Source: Dehalococcoidia bacterium
GTDB lineage: Bacteria > Chloroflexota > Dehalococcoidia > UBA6926
Direction: 5' to 3'
DNA length: 64,000 bases
Assembly: GCA_965224255.1 (NCBI GenBank)
Contig: CBDCYO010000005.1
Location: forward strand, 1,035,771-1,099,770
The notes beneath the pieces are model-generated. The model saw only the letters and a program-made list of their open reading frames with translations, was not told the DNA's origin and searched no databases. The position numbers were made by a program, and so were the translations under genes. Below are positions 48,011 through 58,451 of this stretch, piece by piece; positions within the stretch are counted from its first letter, which is position 1, and the number at the start of each line of letters is the position of its first letter.

Positions 48011-49291
48011 ATGATTGATCACACTACGATCCATGTGCGAGGTGGTAATGGAGGACGTGGCGCTGTCTCGTTTCGGCGAGAAAAGTATGTGCCATATGGA
48101 GGGCCTGATGGTGGAGATGGCGGGCATGGGGGCAGTGTCATCATCCGCGCAGATGAAAGTCTCATGACCCTGCAGGAATACGGGCGGAATCTACGCTACG
48201 CGGCGCAGAATGGCGAGCCAGGGCGCAGGAAGAAACAGACAGGAAAGAATGGCACGGATCTCACTCTGGCCGTTCCAGTTGGGACGATTGTCGTGTGGAA
48301 TGGAGGGATAACGTCCGGGACCGTGGATCTTGAAACCAACGGCACGAGTGTGCGTGTTGCGGCCGGCGGCAGTGGAGGTCGAGGGAATGCGCGGTTCTCA
48401 AACTCCACGAATCGAGCGCCGCGTTTGGCCGAGGGTGGTGAACCTGGAGAAGAGGTCGACGTGCAACTCGACCTCAAGCTTCTTGCCGACGTCGGACTTG
48501 TGGGGCTTCCAAACGCTGGTAAATCCAGTCTTTTAGCGAGTGGCTCCGGCGCCAATCCACGTGTGGCAGAGTACGCGTTCACAACAATTGAGCCGAACCT
48601 GGGGGTTGTGGACGTCGGATGGAACGGCTTCGTGCTGGCGGACATCCCCGGCTTGATCGAAGGGGCGCACACCGGCAAGGGCCTCGGCGATCAGTTTCTG
48701 CGCCACATTGAGCGCACCGCCATCCTCATCCACATCATCGATGGAAGTCTCCACGATGTACTCGGCGCGTGGCGTGACATCAATGCAGAGTTGGCGCTAT
48801 ATACGACGCGATTGGAAGAGAAGCCGCAGATCATCGCAATAAATAAAGTGGACATGCCGGAGACGCGGGAGAGGCTGCCGGAACTCCGAGCGGAGTTCAT
48901 GGCACAGGGCGTCAATGATGTTCATGCCGTGTCCGCCGTCACAGGGGAAGGTGTGCCGGAACTCATGCGTACGGCGCTCCGCCGTGTGGAGGCGGAACGT
49001 GATGCACGCAAACGGGCGCCGGCACCGGTTCAGTCTGAGCCGGACGTCATCCTCCGCCCTGACCCGGGCCGCGTTATTCCTGTTGTGCACGCTGAAGACG
49101 ACGGTGTCTGGCGCCTGGTTCATCCCCGCATTGAGCGCTTGGCGGACGGTATCGATCTGAGCGACACGGCCGTCTCTGCTCAATTTTGGCGTGAACTCGG
49201 ACACATTGGAGCAATCGACGCGCTTGAGAGAGCAGGTGCAGAGCCGGGTGACTGGGTCGTCATTGGCAAGACCGAGGTGATATGGCGGTGA
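48011..49291 (+). CDS. obgE: GTPase ObgE/CgtA
   Basis: FRREKYVPYGGPDGGDGG, GLPNAGKS, YAFTT, DIPG, NKVD. Confidence 0.97.
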   Translation: MIDHTTIHVRGGNGGRGAVSFRREKYVPYGGPDGGDGGHGGSVIIRADESLMTLQEYGRNLRYAAQNGEPGRRKKQTGKNGTDLTLAVPVGTIVVWNGGITSGTVDLETNGTSVRVAAGGSGGRGNARFSNSTNRAPRLAEGGEPGEEVDVQLDLKLLADVGLVGLPNAGKSSLLASGSGANPRVAEYAFTTIEPNLGVVDVGWNGFVLADIPGLIEGAHTGKGLGDQFLRHIERTAILIHIIDGSLHDVLGAWRDINAELALYTTRLEEKPQIIAINKVDMPETRERLPELRAEFMAQGVNDVHAVSAVTGEGVPELMRTALRRVEAERDARKRAPAPVQSEPDVILRPDPGRVIPVVHAEDDGVWRLVHPRIERLADGIDLSDTAVSAQFWRELGHIGAIDALERAGAEPGDWVVIGKTEVIWR

Positions 49292-49896
49292 GTCGCGTTG
49301 GCATCCTCGGCGGCAGCTTTGATCCTCCCCACGTCGGCCACCAGAGGATTGCGGAGGAGGCCAAGAAGCGGGTTGGGCTGGACACGGTGCTGTTCGTGCC
49401 AGCTGGCGAGCAATGGCTCAAGAGAGAGGGCGCCATCGCCCCGGCCACCCACCGGCTCGCAATGACCAATCTCATGGTTGGGGCGTCAGACGTGTATGCC
49501 GTATCCGATGTGGAAGTGACCCGACCCGGCCCCTCCTACACCGTGGACACTCTCTCCATCCTCAGAGAGCAGGCGCAGCCGGACACGGAGTTCTTCTTCA
49601 TCCTGGGTGAGGATGCTCTGGCCGATCTGCCACGATGGAGTCGGCCAAAGGAGCTACTCAGCCTGTGCGAGTTCATCGCCCTGCCGCGCGTGGTAGGGGC
49701 GGCTCGACCAGACCTAACAGGCTCCTTTCGTGCCCTCCCTGGCCTGAAGGAGCGCGTCCGCGTGCTTGAAGACGCGCCGCGGCTGGCCATCGGCTCATCA
49801 TCCGTGCGACGGCTGCTGGCGGACGGCGCACCCCTGCGCGGCATCCTCTCGGATTCGGTCGAGAAGTACATTATCGCGCACCGGTTGTACGGGTGA
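49282..49896 (+). CDS. nadD: nicotinate-nucleotide adenylyltransferase
   Basis: GGSFDPPHVGH, SYTVDTL, FILGED, SSS.VR. Confidence 0.95.
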   Translation: MAVSRVGILGGSFDPPHVGHQRIAEEAKKRVGLDTVLFVPAGEQWLKREGAIAPATHRLAMTNLMVGASDVYAVSDVEVTRPGPSYTVDTLSILREQAQPDTEFFFILGEDALADLPRWSRPKELLSLCEFIALPRVVGAARPDLTGSFRALPGLKERVRVLEDAPRLAIGSSSVRRLLADGAPLRGILSDSVEKYIIAHRLYG

Positions 49897-49906
49897 GGCT
49901 CCGCAG

Positions 49907-50800
49907 TCACTCCGCCAGCACCCTGAGAAAGCCGTCATCGCGCCGCCAGCGTGGGCGTGTCCGCGCCCACAGGGTGAGCATCACTGGGCGACCAAGCAGT
50001 ACCTCAATGAGAGGGCGTGTCTGCGTTCCCACCTCCTTGAGCGATCTCCCGCCCTTTCCGACGACGATTCCCCGTTGTGAAACACGCTCCACGTACACGC
50101 TCGCCTCGATGTAGTCTTTGCCGCCGTGCTCAGGATCCTGCGGCGTATGGGTTTCCACCTCGATGGCTGTCGCATACGGCACCTCGTCGCCATACACCGT
50201 GAACACGCCTTCACGAATCAACTCCGCAATCAAAAAAGCCTCTGAACGGTCAGTGAGCGTGGAGGGATCAAACAATGGCTCCTGCTCCGGCAGGTTGGCG
50301 AGTATGCGCTCCAGGAGCAGTGGCAGGCCATCGCCCGTGCGGGCGCTGACGGGCACGATGTCGCGAAACGGAGGGTAGAGGGTTTTGTATGCCTCAATAG
50401 CAGGCAGAGCAACGCTCGCTCGTACGGTGTCCATCTTGTTAATGGCGATAATGGCGGGGATATCCTGCGCCATGATCTCGCCCAGCACCAGTTCTTCCAC
50501 GTCGCCCGGGGGTCTCGGCGCGGCAATGAGCACGGCGAGATTCGCAATGTCCAGCGCCTGCCGCATCTCGCGCGCCATCTGGCGGTTCAGCGCATCGATA
50601 CGCGGTGAGGTCTGCCGCCCGGGCGTGTCCAACAGTCCCACCTGAAAGGTATCGCCGTGCAGAACGGCCAGAATGCGATATCGCGACGTCTGCGGCTTGG
50701 GACTGACGGCGGCGAGCTGTGTTCCGACAAGCGTATTGACAAGTGTCGATTTGCCGACATTTGGCCGACCAACGATGGCAACGTAACCGGCGCGGATCAT
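49907..50800 (-). CDS. era: GTPase Era
   Basis: GRPNVGKSTL, KPQTSR, DTPG, NKMD, EVPY, SQRGIVVGKGG KH. Confidence 0.96.
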   Translation of the reverse strand: MIRAGYVAIVGRPNVGKSTLVNTLVGTQLAAVSPKPQTSRYRILAVLHGDTFQVGLLDTPGRQTSPRIDALNRQMAREMRQALDIANLAVLIAAPRPPGDVEELVLGEIMAQDIPAIIAINKMDTVRASVALPAIEAYKTLYPPFRDIVPVSARTGDGLPLLLERILANLPEQEPLFDPSTLTDRSEAFLIAELIREGVFTVYGDEVPYATAIEVETHTPQDPEHGGKDYIEASVYVERVSQRGIVVGKGGRSLKEVGTQTRPLIEVLLGRPVMLTLWARTRPRWRRDDGFLRVLAE

Positions 50801-50811
50801 GTGGCGTACTG

Positions 50812-52263
50812 CTACTCCGCCAGCGCTGCGCGGACCGCGGCAATGAGCACATCGTCCTCTTCAGGGAGGATCGTACGCGGGTCCAGCAGCAAGCGATCGT
50901 CCTCAATGCGGCCGATAACGGCTGGTAAAGTTGCGGACGTGCGCAGTCGCTTAGCGATATCGTCAGCGTTGCCCCGTTCCGACTCGATGGCCAGGGCGCG
51001 CGTCGGTCGTGTGCCGCCGGGTAGGCTCCCGCCGCCGACCGCCGTTTCCGCCTCCACCACGCGCAGCCCCTCACCGCCGATCTCCTCGCGCCATCGCTTC
51101 ACGCGCGTCTCCAGAGAAAGAACGTCCGCCGCGATCATGCGCCACACAGGCACCTCGTCCAGTGCCCTCCCTCTCGCGTACGCCTGCAATGTGGCTGTCA
51201 ACGCCGCGAGATCCAGTTTGTCGATGCGGACGGCACGCGCAAGCGGGTGACTCTTCATTTTGTCGATGAGATCACGCCGACCGACGGCGATGCCTGCCTG
51301 CGGCCCGCCCAGCAGCTTATCACCAGAGAACAGCGCGATATCAGAACCCTCCCGCTCCAGCGCATTCCGCACAGTCGGCTCTGGCGCAAGTCCAAAGGCA
51401 GCGGTATCGAACAGGCAGCCGGAACCCAGGTCATTGATCAGGGGCACTCCGTGCTGATGCGCGATGTCCGCGATGTCCGCGGCATCAGGCGTGTTGGTAA
51501 AGCCGATGACAGCAAAGTTACTGCGGTGCACGCGTAAGAGCGCACCGGTGTCCTCAGTGATCGCATCCGCGTAATCGGCTGCGTAGGTGCGGTTTGTCGT
51601 GCCGACTTCAATGAGGGTTGCGCCACTCAGACGAAGAACGTCAGGGATGCGGAACCGGCCACCAATTTCCACGGCCTCGCCGCGGGAGACAATGACCTGT
51701 CGGCCTGAGGTGATGGCCGTCAGGGCAAGCAGAACGGCAGAGGCATTGTTATTGACGACGATGGCGGCCTCTGCCCCGGTTAAGAAACGGAGCAGCTGCT
51801 CAGAATGCGCGTGTCGGGAGCCGCGCTCGCCCGCCCGCAAATCGTATTCAAGGTCGGAGTAGCCGCGGGCCACTGATGTCATGGCGTCAATGGCGGCCTG
51901 GCTGAGCGGGGCTCGTCCCAAATTTGTGTGGATGATGACGCCGGCCGCATTGAGCACGCGGCGGGGCCGTGGGGCGAGGAGATCGTCGATGGTCGTCGAG
52001 ACACGTTCGGTGAGTACGTCCATACCTGGCGCGCCGTTGGCCGTGCCGGCACGGATAGCTGCGCGCGCTGCATCGATAGCCTCCCGTGCCGCGTGCGTCA
52101 CAGAGTCGATGCCAACGCTGGCCGCGAGGTCGCGAAGGGGCTCACTGCTCAGCAGGCGGTCGACGCTTGGCAGGGAGCGGAGCGCATCTGGCTGCCCCTC
52201 CCCGTGGCGCTCCTCGTCACCATCTCGCGTGGTACTGAAGGTATCCTCTCCTGACCGTGCCAT
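50812..52263 (-). CDS. selA: L-seryl-tRNA(Sec) selenium transferase
   Basis: HTNLGRA, VNNNASAV, EIGG.FR, EVGTTNRT, FSGDKLLGGPQAG, VGGGSLP. Confidence 0.96.
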   Translation of the reverse strand: MARSGEDTFSTTRDGDEERHGEGQPDALRSLPSVDRLLSSEPLRDLAASVGIDSVTHAAREAIDAARAAIRAGTANGAPGMDVLTERVSTTIDDLLAPRPRRVLNAAGVIIHTNLGRAPLSQAAIDAMTSVARGYSDLEYDLRAGERGSRHAHSEQLLRFLTGAEAAIVVNNNASAVLLALTAITSGRQVIVSRGEAVEIGGRFRIPDVLRLSGATLIEVGTTNRTYAADYADAITEDTGALLRVHRSNFAVIGFTNTPDAADIADIAHQHGVPLINDLGSGCLFDTAAFGLAPEPTVRNALEREGSDIALFSGDKLLGGPQAGIAVGRRDLIDKMKSHPLARAVRIDKLDLAALTATLQAYARGRALDEVPVWRMIAADVLSLETRVKRWREEIGGEGLRVVEAETAVGGGSLPGGTRPTRALAIESERGNADDIAKRLRTSATLPAVIGRIEDDRLLLDPRTILPEEDDVLIAAVRAALAE

Positions 52264-52419
52264 ACCTGATTATCTCCATTATCCCCCATCTGTATACGAC
52301 ACACGCGCAGTCTGCTCGTGCGATGAACGGGAGTCGTGCCGTATACTACGAGTTCGGGCGCAAACGCCAGACTGCGCTGATGCGCGAATAGGGGACCCGG
52401 ATGGCGAGGGGGTTGTGGG

Positions 52420-53028
52420 ATGCAGGTCATTGGCCTGACAGGTGGGATCGCCAGTGGCAAGAGCCTGGTGAACGAGATCCTACGCGATGAATACGAGGCG
52501 ACGATCATCAGCGGGGATGAGCTTGGGCATCAAGCCTACTTGCCTGACACGGACGCGTGGAAGGACATTCTGTCCCGGTGGGGCGATGATCTCATCAACA
52601 CGGATACTCGTGAGATCGACCGCCGCAAGCTTGGCGCAATCGTCTTTGCGGACGCGGAGGAACTGAAGGCGTTGAATGGGATCACCTGGCCGCGTATTCG
52701 GGCGCTCGCCGAGCAGCGCATCAACGATCTCCGCGATCAGGGCGCAAAAATCGCCGTTCTGGAGGCCGCCATCATGATAGAGGCTGGCTGGACGGACCTC
52801 TGCGACGAGCTCTGGGTCACCCAAGCAACGGAAGCGGACGCCGTCTCACGTCTGCAGTCCCGCAACGGTCTGACTGAGGAACAGGCAATGCAGCGCATCC
52901 GCGCCCAGCTGTCCAATGAAGAGCGGGAAGACTACGCAGACGTGCTCCTAAAGAACACCGGCACCATTGAGGAGCTTCGCGTCCGTGTTGGTGAGCTATG
53001 GCACGCGCGGATCAGGCCGTTCCTGTAG
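52420..53028 (+). CDS. coaE: dephospho-CoA kinase
   Basis: IGLTGGIASGKS, IDRRKLGAIVF, RL..RN. Confidence 0.96.
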   Translation: MQVIGLTGGIASGKSLVNEILRDEYEATIISGDELGHQAYLPDTDAWKDILSRWGDDLINTDTREIDRRKLGAIVFADAEELKALNGITWPRIRALAEQRINDLRDQGAKIAVLEAAIMIEAGWTDLCDELWVTQATEADAVSRLQSRNGLTEEQAMQRIRAQLSNEEREDYADVLLKNTGTIEELRVRVGELWHARIRPFL

Positions 53029-53127
53029 GCCTAGGCCGCTACCGGACAGAAAACCCACAGAATCCAATCAACGACGAATCACACGAAAAGGCATGGAAAC
53101 CCGCGCCCATAATTCAAAGGGACTGGA

Positions 53128-54027
53128 ATGACCGACCAAATGACACGGAATAAAGCCACCGCGATGTCGTACGCCGAATACGAGATCGAGGAATACACCA
53201 TAGACAGTGAACCGTACTACCTACCCATCGGCGATGAGGTAGACGTCTTCACGGCGGCGTATGCAGAGAAGATCCCCGTCATCCTCAAGGGCCCGACAGG
53301 CTGCGGCAAGACACGATTCATCGAATACATGGCCTGGCGTCTCGGACGCCCCATCACCACCGTGCGAAACGATGGCAAAGGGGCCACTCACGGCAAAGCG
53401 CTTGTCACGATCGCCGCGCATGAGGATCTGACCGCGAGTGATCTTGTCGGACGATTTCTGCTTGAGGGTGACGAGACTCGCTGGGTTGACGGACCACTGA
53501 CTCGCGCAGTCAAGACGGGTGCAATCTGTTACTTGGATGAGGTTGTGGAGGCCCGAAAGGATACGACCGTCCTCATTCACCCCTTGACGGATCACCGCCG
53601 CCTGTTGCCCATTGAGAAACGCGGACAGGTTCTGGAGGCCGCGGACGGATTCCTTCTGGTCATCTCATACAACCCGGGTTACCAGAGCGCCCTCAAGGAT
53701 ATCAAGCAATCCACACGTCAGCGCTTCGTGGCGATGGAGTTCACGTATCCGCCTCGAGAGGCTGAAGCGCAGATCGTTCAGGCGGAGAGCGGTGTGGATG
53801 AGGACTCCGCAGACCTGCTCTCCCGCCTTGGGGAGAAGGTGCGCAATCTCAAGGAACATGGCCTGCAGGAGGGCGTTTCCACGCGACTCCTCATCTATGC
53901 CGGAAAGCTCATCTCGCGCGGTGTGGCGCCGCGCCGCGCATGTGACGTGGCCATCTCTGATGCCCTGACGGACGATCCGTCCGTTCAACGCAGCATTCGG
54001 GAGATAACGACCAGTATCTTTGAGTAG
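53128..54027 (+). CDS. CbbQ/NirQ/NorQ family MoxR AAA+ ATPase
   Basis: [48 protein letters not shown]. Confidence 0.93.
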   Translation: MTDQMTRNKATAMSYAEYEIEEYTIDSEPYYLPIGDEVDVFTAAYAEKIPVILKGPTGCGKTRFIEYMAWRLGRPITTVRNDGKGATHGKALVTIAAHEDLTASDLVGRFLLEGDETRWVDGPLTRAVKTGAICYLDEVVEARKDTTVLIHPLTDHRRLLPIEKRGQVLEAADGFLLVISYNPGYQSALKDIKQSTRQRFVAMEFTYPPREAEAQIVQAESGVDEDSADLLSRLGEKVRNLKEHGLQEGVSTRLLIYAGKLISRGVAPRRACDVAISDALTDDPSVQRSIREITTSIFE

Positions 54028-54083
54028 CGATTGCTGAGGAGACGGCCTCGGAATCAGGCCGCCTTCCCGTACCCCCTCGACGC

Positions 54084-57000
54084 ATGAAAGAAGAAGAAAA
54101 CAGAATCAGTAACGAGGTGCAAGAGCGTGATGCTCTTGTTGCCCAGTTGCTGGCGCTGCCCGCGGCGGTTGGGCAGGCGTATCACAATGCGACGCCCCAC
54201 GTGGAAAATCGCTTGGGCAGCGCTGACCTGTACCATGAATGGTTGACGACTGCACTCAGCATCGCTGGCGCGTCCTTCCGAGCGTGGGAAGCGGCTGCTG
54301 AATACGTCCGATCCTCACCCGCCGTGCTGGACGTGCTGGAGCGACCACAGGAGGCGCAGACATGGTATGAGAGCGGGCGGGCGCTGTCCGCGTATTCGGC
54401 CCCACTCGCCTCGTCGTATTTCCGTGCGAGTGCCGCGTTCCTTGGGCGGCGTCACGTGAGGCGCCTGCCGGTATGGATCGCGGCGGGCGAGACACTCTTC
54501 CATGGCACGTGGAAATCCGGCGCCCTGGCCGCACGTTTCTTCGAGGTCAGCCCCGGCCTGCTCGACCATATGCGGCTGAGTGATCTTGCAACCTTCGCGA
54601 ATTTCCTTGACCGCGTCGCCACACACTCGAGCGAACTCGCCGAAGAATGCCTCACGATGGCCGCCGATTCAATGCCGTACGTTGATGAAGAGACCATTGA
54701 CCGGTACCTCGAACTGCTGAATGTCACTGCTGACGGCAACTGGAAATACGCCAAGGAGACGCAGCGCGCCGCAGCTGTTGCGCTGCCGCGCATCGCACGG
54801 TCGGAACGTGAACGCTTTCTCTCGTTCGCCATCTCTTTGGCCAGCGACGGCGGCAAGCGATACCTCTCGTTCCTCGCAGAAGGCTCTCGCGCGATCAGCG
54901 ATCTGCCGCTCTTCATGCATCGACAGGCCCTTGATGATTTTGAGGTGCTGCGCGGGCTTTCCGACGAGGCCGGGGTTGAGTTCCTGCGCGCCGCTCCTCT
55001 CGTCCTCAAGCGCATCGACGCCGATAGTCTGAGCCGGTGGTTCTCTGAGGGCGTCACGCTGCTTGAACGGAACGAGGCCGCGGGCATCGCATTCTTCAAA
55101 CTGGAATCGGCCCGTGGCGAGGCCCTGATCCAGGAACTCTCCGCAACCATCAGCCTTGATGACGTCGCCCCCATCCTGCAGATGTATGCCCGCGGCCTGA
55201 CGGGCAGTGATATGCAACTCCGCCCCACGCCTGAACTCGCTAACCGCAGCATCGGCTGGGCGACTGAAGATCGTGCCTCAACAGACGGCACAAACGTCTT
55301 CCTTCCGCCGGAAATCGCACTCTTTGAGTCCAAGGACGACAACTTCGGCTGGTTCAAGGTTCTGTGCACGCATCAGACCGGCCATCTTGAGTTCCACAGC
55401 TTTGATTTCGGTTTCAACCGCCCCGGCGTCATCTTCCCGACGACGCGTCCGGAACTGGCGGCGCGCCTGAGTGAGCAGAACGCCAACGGCCTAGCGCGTG
55501 CGCACGTTGCAGCAACCCCCAACGAGGAGATGACCGGCACGATTGTCGGCGTCCTGTCTGACTTCGAGCGATTCTTTGACCTTTTTCCTGAACGCCGCCT
55601 TGCGTCAGATCTGTTCGGCGCGCTTGAGGATACCCGCGTTGACCATCTGGTACGGTTGCGCTACCGGGGGTTGCGCCGCGCGTATGGTATGGTGCAGGCC
55701 GCCGCCGTCATTGGCCGCCCAGCCCCGCAGCAGCTGCCGCTGCGTGAGGCGCTCATCGAGCTTCTCATCCGTATGACCCTGCTGGACGGAGGCAAGAAGA
55801 TACCGGTTCCGCAGAACCTGCGTGACATTGTTGACCGCATGGCCGGCATTCTGGCACGACTACGGCATGATGAAGCCACGGTGGAGGATACGGCGGAAGC
55901 AACAGTCATCCTCTACCGCCTGCTGATCAAGGTGCCCAACACGCCGCCACAGACCGATCTCGATTGGGACGAAATGGATATCGATGAGCTCGGCGGAGAG
56001 ACGACTCAGGGCCTGCAGGAGGCGGACAGCGCCTCGGTGGGCGGCGAAGACTTTGTGCCGGGCTCCGGCACCGAACAGGATGTGCCGTACCAGCCACCGC
56101 AGGACGTCGATTACCGCGGAGACTTCAAGCCTGAACTCGTACAGACCCTCGCCAACCTCCGTAAGGGCCAGCAACGCGCGGACGACACCGTGCAGGCGCC
56201 GCCCCTCACCGAGGAAATGGTCCGTCAGCTCCTCGAAAAGAGCGCCGAAATCGATCTCTCCAGCGTCGTTGAGGGCGATATCGACGACCCCAGCGGCCTC
56301 TTTATCTCCAGCCTGATGAGTGAAGCGATCGAAGGCCCCGATGCGGAATTCAAGGATGAAATGGGTGAAGTTGGCACGGGCGGGCCTGGCGATGAAGAGA
56401 GTGACCAACCGCTTGAGGAACAGGAACGGACGGCGCTCTACGATGAGTGGGATTTCGTTGCGCTTGACTACAAGCCCGCGTGGTGCCGTGTCCGTGAATC
56501 AACAATGGCGGAGGGCTCAGCCGAGTTCTATGAACAGACAATTGAACGGCACGCAGGCCTGATCAATGAAGTGCGGCGGCAGTTTGAGATGATGGTTCCG
56601 GAGACGTACCGCAAGGAGAAACGCCTGACGGACGGTGAGGAGTTTGACCTTGACGCCGTCATCGATGCCATCGTGCAGCGTCGCGCTGGCGCGACTCCCG
56701 ATGACAAAATCTATTGGCGGCGAAACAAGACGGAGCGGGATGTGGCCGTCATATTCCTGCTCGATATGAGTGCATCGACGGCCGAGGCCATCGAAGAGCG
56801 AGCGGACTTCGATGACGATGATGAGGAAATCCCGGACGACCCGCGCCAATACCTGTTCTGGCTGCGCTCCCGCCGTGAACAGCAGAAGCGATCATATCTC
56901 CGCATTATCGACCTCGAAAAGGAATCGACGGTTCTGCTGATCCGCGCGCTGGAGACTATTGGCGATCAGTACGGAATCTACGGTTTCTCCGGCTACGGCC

Positions 57001-57425
57001 GGGAAAATGTCGAGTTCTATAGCATCAAGGCGCTTGAGGAGCCGTTCTCAGACCGCGTCGTCAGGCGCATCGATGGAATCACACCACTGCACGCGACGCG
57101 CATGGGCCCCGCCATCCGCCATGCCCTGGCCAAACTGGATGCGACGAGCGCCAAGACGAAAGTGCTGTTCCTCATTTCGGATGGCCGCCCACAGGATCGT
57201 GGTTACAGCAGGGAGGGCGCGGAAAAGGAATACGCCGTGCAGGACACACATATGGCGCTGCTGGAGGCAAAGTCCAAAGGCATCATTCCGTTCCTGCTAA
57301 CCGTGGACCGCGCCGGCCACGACTACATGAAAGAAATGTGCGGCGACCTCCCGTATGAAGTCCTCGCAGACATTGAACTTCTTCCCAAACGCCTGCCGCA
57401 ACTCTACTCACGCCTGACGCTGTAG
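54084..57425 (+). CDS. large NorD/CbbO-like VWA adaptor protein
   Basis: STDG..VFLP, LEDTRVD, YDEWD...YKP.WC, MIDAS DMSAST, TRMGPAIRH, SDGRP. Confidence 0.88.
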   Translation: MKEEENRISNEVQERDALVAQLLALPAAVGQAYHNATPHVENRLGSADLYHEWLTTALSIAGASFRAWEAAAEYVRSSPAVLDVLERPQEAQTWYESGRALSAYSAPLASSYFRASAAFLGRRHVRRLPVWIAAGETLFHGTWKSGALAARFFEVSPGLLDHMRLSDLATFANFLDRVATHSSELAEECLTMAADSMPYVDEETIDRYLELLNVTADGNWKYAKETQRAAAVALPRIARSERERFLSFAISLASDGGKRYLSFLAEGSRAISDLPLFMHRQALDDFEVLRGLSDEAGVEFLRAAPLVLKRIDADSLSRWFSEGVTLLERNEAAGIAFFKLESARGEALIQELSATISLDDVAPILQMYARGLTGSDMQLRPTPELANRSIGWATEDRASTDGTNVFLPPEIALFESKDDNFGWFKVLCTHQTGHLEFHSFDFGFNRPGVIFPTTRPELAARLSEQNANGLARAHVAATPNEEMTGTIVGVLSDFERFFDLFPERRLASDLFGALEDTRVDHLVRLRYRGLRRAYGMVQAAAVIGRPAPQQLPLREALIELLIRMTLLDGGKKIPVPQNLRDIVDRMAGILARLRHDEATVEDTAEATVILYRLLIKVPNTPPQTDLDWDEMDIDELGGETTQGLQEADSASVGGEDFVPGSGTEQDVPYQPPQDVDYRGDFKPELVQTLANLRKGQQRADDTVQAPPLTEEMVRQLLEKSAEIDLSSVVEGDIDDPSGLFISSLMSEAIEGPDAEFKDEMGEVGTGGPGDEESDQPLEEQERTALYDEWDFVALDYKPAWCRVRESTMAEGSAEFYEQTIERHAGLINEVRRQFEMMVPETYRKEKRLTDGEEFDLDAVIDAIVQRRAGATPDDKIYWRRNKTERDVAVIFLLDMSASTAEAIEERADFDDDDEEIPDDPRQYLFWLRSRREQQKRSYLRIIDLEKESTVLLIRALETIGDQYGIYGFSGYGRENVEFYSIKALEEPFSDRVVRRIDGITPLHATRMGPAIRHALAKLDATSAKTKVLFLISDGRPQDRGYSREGAEKEYAVQDTHMALLEAKSKGIIPFLLTVDRAGHDYMKEMCGDLPYEVLADIELLPKRLPQLYSRLTL

Positions 57426-57465
57426 AGCGGTAGCGGGGAGCTTTCCGCAAAGGCAACCCCGCCGG

Positions 57466-57927
57466 CTAGAACCAGGGCTTCCGGTTGAGGACGTAGGTCT
57501 CTTCGAAGTCTTCGTCAGACTTTGTCAGGTAGATAATGCCTTCAATGAGCGCGATGATGGCTAGTGCTGCTAACAGGAAGAATCCAACAAGTAACATCGT
57601 TGTAATGACTCCGACGACCCACCCTGCGAGCATGAGTGCTCCGGCACCACCATATCCCAAATAGAACTTGTGGACTCCAATGCCGCCCAGTAGGATTGCA
57701 AGCACTCCTGCGACCACCTTGCTCTTTTGTGCCCCTCCCGCGGCCGCGCCAATATGGGAAATGGCAGTGGCAACATCGTCGTTCGCCTGAAAGTCAACGC
57801 GCATCCCTACCGTAGGAATTCCTTCCCCTGTCCACTCTGATCCCGCAAACGTGTAGCGCTGACCATCTCCTCCCGAAATAACTCCGGCGTTGGTCTCCAG
57901 AGTAAAGTCCAGAACCTGACCGTTCAT
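57466..57927 (-). CDS. TM2 domain protein with N-terminal OB-like domain
   Basis: KSKVVAGVLAILLGGIGVHKFYLG, IEGIIYLTKSDEDF. Confidence 0.88.
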   Translation of the reverse strand: MNGQVLDFTLETNAGVISGGDGQRYTFAGSEWTGEGIPTVGMRVDFQANDDVATAISHIGAAAGGAQKSKVVAGVLAILLGGIGVHKFYLGYGGAGALMLAGWVVGVITTMLLVGFFLLAALAIIALIEGIIYLTKSDEDFEETYVLNRKPWF

Positions 57928-58064
57928 TGCGATTACCCCTTTGGCTCACTCAACTTGCCGTGGGCGACCTCTAGTCACCTGAATGCACATCGTAGCAGAG
58001 TACAACCCATCGGTTCTCCCGCGTCTCGCATTGCCGCGCCGCTCCCGGCGGCTGCCACCGGTGC

Positions 58065-58325
58065 CCCTCTGTCAGTCGTGAGCGTCTCTCCCGTCATTCA
58101 CCAGCGTCCCCCTCTGTCAGTCTGAGCGTCCCCCGCTGTCATTCTGAGCGCAGCGAAGAATCTACGTCCCCACTGCGGCAGAGGCGCGTTAGGTTCTTCA
58201 CTTCACTACGTTCCGTTCAGAATGACAGGGAGTGAGTGCCATTCCGTTCAGAATGACAGGGAGTGAGTACCGCTCCGTTCAGAATGACGTGGGGGTCGCC
58301 GTGCGTGATCCTGAATGACGTGGTG
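58065..58325. repeat. REP-like cluster
   Basis: tgtcattctgagcgcagcgaagaatct plus three tccgttcagaatgac copies; core is the inverted homologue of 35985-36112. Confidence 0.85.
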
Positions 58326-58451
58326 CGCGTAGAGCGGCCCGGCGCACCCGGTCACGACGTATTTTTGGGGATTCGTGTCCGCCCCGTGCGCTATCATTTA
58401 AGCGCCGTCTGGTGGCACTGGGAATGCCCGGGGATGCAGGAGGTTATCGGC

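Noticed and set aside
58263-58451. Longer start for the 634-aa ORF
   Set aside because: Runs through REP repeats; an AGGAGG RBS supports ATG 58452.
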